DNA of 63,703 nt, the filler included, from Hausera hauseri (Eukaryota), in the NCBI GenBank assembly GCA_046269625.1. It is 12 parts of 12 records of this genome, joined end to end, with 100 filler letters (N's around TTAATTAATTAA, not from the genome) between each part and the next. Parts side by side here need not be neighbours in the genome. Positions count along the whole stretch, not along the records: positions 59,726 to 63,703 come from JBJURY010844079.1; 11 more parts are not named here. One strand, 5' to 3'. Under the pieces are notes generated by a model. It was not told the origin of the DNA, did not search any database, and worked only from the letters and a program-made list of their open reading frames with translations. Positions 60,267 to 63,703 of this stretch are shown here, piece by piece. The first letter of the stretch is position 1. Each line of letters begins with the position of its first letter. A program made the translations under genes and the position numbers.

Positions 60267-63200
60267 CTACATGAGGATTACAGCATTAGCAGAGGGCAAC
60301 CTAGATAGTGCATCTGCGTTACTATGCTTATGACCTTTCCGGTAGGTAATGGTCAGGTTATACCTCTGCAGAGCTAAGGCCCATCGAGAAAGCTTGACGC
60401 TATGAGGAACACTCTGGGTGAGAAATGTCAAAGGGTTGTGGTCCGATATCACCTCGATTTCAGCCCCAAAAATCCAGGTGTCAAATTTCTTTAAGGCTTC
60501 AATTACCGCGTACGCCTCGCGTTCTATGGTTGACCATCGTGTCTGAGTTTCACTCAATTTCTTACTGAAAAAAGCAATAGGTTGTTCTCTTCCTTTCTCT
60601 CCGTATTGTGAGAGGACCCCACCAATAGCCGTTAGTGACGCATCTGTGTACAATTGGAACGGTTTAGTAAGATCTGGTGTATATAACGATGGGATTTTTA
60701 TCAATTATGCCTTTACCTGCTGAAATGCGTTTTCTGCTTCTTTGTTCCATGGGATCACGTTCGTAACTCTTTTCTTCGTTAATTCGGTGAGGGGCAAAAC
60801 TATGGATGCGAAATTCTGGATATATTCACGATAATAACTAGTCAGACCCAAAAAGCTTCGTAATTCTCTTTTAGTAGTAGGTCTAGGAATGTTCTTAATA
60901 GATTCTGTTTTCTGTGGATCAGGCGAATGTTGCCCAGATCCGATAATGTGGCATAAAAAATTCACGTGTTTCTTTCCGAATTCACACTTCTCTAGGTTAA
61001 CGGTTAGTCCAACTTGTCGAAGTGTCTGAAGAACGTTTCCCAAATGGTCGAGATGCTCTTCCCAGGAGTTGGAAAAAATAGCGACATCATCCATGTACGA
61101 GCGACAGTAATGTCTGTGTTGCGAGAGTACCTTGTCCATAGTTCTCTGGAAAGTACTCCCTGCATTCTTCATTCCGAATGGCATGACACGGAACTGAAAA
61201 TGGCCGTTATGGGTTGCGAACGCCGTATATGATTTGGCGTCTTCAGCCATAGGGATCTGCCAGTATCCCTTCGTTAAGTCCAGGACGCTGATGTATGCGG
61301 CCTTCCCTACTTCGAACAGTATGTCCTTTGCATTTTTCATGGGATATCCATCCGCTTTCGTGAAACTGTTCAGATATCTGTAATCAAAACACAGTCTAAT
61401 GCTCCCATCTTTTTTTGAGACACACACGATAGGGTGTGACCATTCGCTTTCACTCGGTTCAATTAATCCTAGACGGAGTAATTCATTTATCTGCCGGTCT
61501 ACCTCGTCTTGCAATGCTACCGGTATTTTATACGGTTTCATTTTCTTTGGGGCGAAGTTATCAGTGAGCCGTACATTATGATACCCAACCTTGGCTGTTC
61601 CGGGTATCCTACTGAATATGTTTGAGAATTTTCGCAAAGTCTCAGCCAGTTCAATTTTCCGGAGATCTGTGAGTTCTTCGTGTTTTTCCGCTATATACTT
61701 TCTAATATCTTTCGGGGGTTCGGTGTTTGTGTCTGTAGGTGCATAATGTAAATCCCCAAATTCTGAATCTTGATCAAAAATCAATCCGACCTGACTCACT
61801 CTAGCAATGTACGGTCGAATTTTATTGAAATGCAGCTCTCGTACATCTCCATCTTCCATCTGGACTTTGGCGGAGTGTGGTCGCGTTATCTCGGTTATCG
61901 TCGCAGGACCCATCCACGTCTTTAATAATTTGTGGGATGATGACGGAATAAGAACTAAGACCTTTCACCAATCTCAAACTTCTTTTCTCTTGCTCTTAGG
62001 TTATATCGAGATGCATACTGTTCTTGAGACACGGCGGCATTCTCTGAGGCAATTTCGTGTGCCTTTTCGAACCTTCCGATTAAATCTTCAAGGTAATTCT
62101 CAATAGTTTTGGAGGCCGTTGTCGGTATTTTCCTTTGTCCTGTCCATAACTCCTTCAAGAGTGATAAGGGGCCTGATGGTAATCGTCCGTATACCAATTG
62201 GAACGGGGATACGCCAGTTGTACTGTGCGGGACTTCTCTGTACGCGAAGAGTAAATAAGGAAGGTGTACGTCCCATTCGCGTCCGTTCTCTTGAATGTCC
62301 TTACTCAGCATTTCCTTCAAAGTGCGATTCCATCTCTCAACTGCTCCCATACTTTCCGGGTGTCCGGGTGTGGAAAATCGTGGGGCGACCCCAATGGTTT
62401 CTACAAATGCCTCCGTTAACTTGGACGTAAAGTTTGATCCTTGATCGGTACATAGCAGCTTCGGGAACCCTGTGCGTGTGAATATTTCTATAAGTACGTT
62501 GCAAGTTGTTTTCGCATCTATGCGTCTGACGGGGATTGCTTCTGCCCATCGTGTGCATAGATCTATTGCACAAATGACAAACTTATGGCCTCGGCGAGAA
62601 GGTGGTTCCAGAGGTCCAATGCAATCTACACTCCATACCTCGAAAGGATTCTCGGGTCGGACTAAGGGTTGAATAGGAACCCTATCTCTATAAGTGATCG
62701 TCTTTCGGAGTTGGCACTGTTTACAACTCTGACAGTAAGTCTTTACATCATGTTTCAGGGTTGGCCAAAAAAATGAATATTTTATTCTCTGTCTCGTTTT
62801 TTGTTCACCCAAATGACCTGCTAGTGGGACTTCGTGAGCCATTTTCAAAACGTAATCTCTTTTTGACGTCGGTAATACAACTTGCTTAATTTCCTCACCG
62901 CAAACCACATCATCATGCATCAATATTCCCCTTTCAACAGTGTACGAATTCTTTTCCTTTTCGGCCCAATGCCAAGGTTCCTTCAAGGTTTCATCCTCTC
63001 GTTGTGCCGCAGTAAAAGTCTTTCCTATTTTAGTCTTTTCTTCTATCTCGGATAACCCATTATCGAGTTCATCGGAAATTTCGGGTATGCGTAAATAATC
63101 CTCATTTACAACGTGATTTTCACTACTAATATCATTTATTTTCAATGCGCCGCTCTGCGCTTTATTTCTCTTTTTTATCTCAGAACAGCCAATTTTATTA

Positions 63201-63703
63201 TTTTCTAATTGTAACACAGTCATTTCGGTTTCAGCGCTACAAGTCGAAGAATTATCTAAACAAAGAGTGTCTTTCTTTCCAGACACGCTGGAGCCATCGA
63301 TGTATGAAAAATTTCCTTCGCTGAGTTTCGCATAAACGTTCGGGGGGATGAGACAGGGGGTATTCAATTTTTCGGTTACCGCGACGATTTCTTCAAGCGG
63401 GTGGTATGTGTTCTCGAGGTCATTCTTGCGGCTCATTGTAACCAAGGCCAGGTCGGCTGTAATTTCTTCGCCAAACGCCGATGTCAAAATAATTTTTCCC
63501 TTGCTCCGATTGTTTGATCTGAGGCATTTAGGGTGTATGACTGTTATTTGAGTGCCGGAATCGATTACGGCGTCTATTTCTTTCCCGTCGACCACAAGTC
63601 TAGTATACTGCAGGGGGGTGATTTCCACTTCACTATTTTGGATATATTTCGCATTTGTTTCTGCAATTAAAATGTTTTTCTCACGTGGTTCTGTTTTTTC
63701 CAT
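60267..63703 (-). mobile_element. pol: Gmr1-type Ty3/gypsy pol (PR-INT-RT-RH order)
   Basis: 5'->3' on the minus strand: PR (VIDSGTQIT), INT (HEVPLAGH..CKQC, TDQGSNF, VERWNRTLK), GPA motif after a 1-nt frameshift near 61960, gypsy-type RT (CFDYRYLN, DLTKGYWQI, YMDD), an in-frame TAA at 60705-60707, RH (TDAS, EREAYA, DHNPL, NADALSR). Confidence 0.93.

Overview
This window is not one locus. It is 12 eukaryotic (animal-like) contigs joined by artificial 100-nt spacers (N-run + TTAATTAATTAA + N-run), so adjacency across spacers means nothing and the contigs may come from different species. Contents: (1) 1-4794: intronless tau/MAP2-type gene with ~22 tandem 31-aa microtubule-binding repeats. (2) 4895-9871: GC-richer, gene-dense stretch of unrecognised ORFs (multi-pass membrane protein; spliced CxxC..CxxC/Pro-rich protein; acidic protein), possibly viral. 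(3) 9972-19781: Tc1/mariner relics, a 53BP1-like Tudor pseudogene, a 55-bp minisatellite and a ~2.3-kb tandem duplication. (4) 19882-24230: decayed Polinton/Maverick (adintovirus-type) gene block plus an RTE LINE tail. (5) 24331-28577: AT-rich ORF mosaic with a degenerate axonemal dynein heavy chain AAA3 fragment. (6) 28678-32775: LINE fragments. (7) and (8): decayed Ty3/gypsy elements. (9) 41751-46518: short-intron, modular mucin-like gene. (10) 46619-51071: Polinton protein-primed PolB relic with N-terminal C2H2 fingers. (11) 51172-59625: near-complete gypsy element with a -1 frameshift heptamer plus predicted pseudoknot, long Pol extensions and an env-like remnant. (12) 59726-63703: gypsy element with the Gmr1-type PR-INT-RT-RH order. 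All family calls come from motif recognition by eye; no searches were run. The best novelty candidates are the hyper-expanded tau-repeat gene, the unidentified virus-like contig 2, and the extended env-bearing gypsy element.
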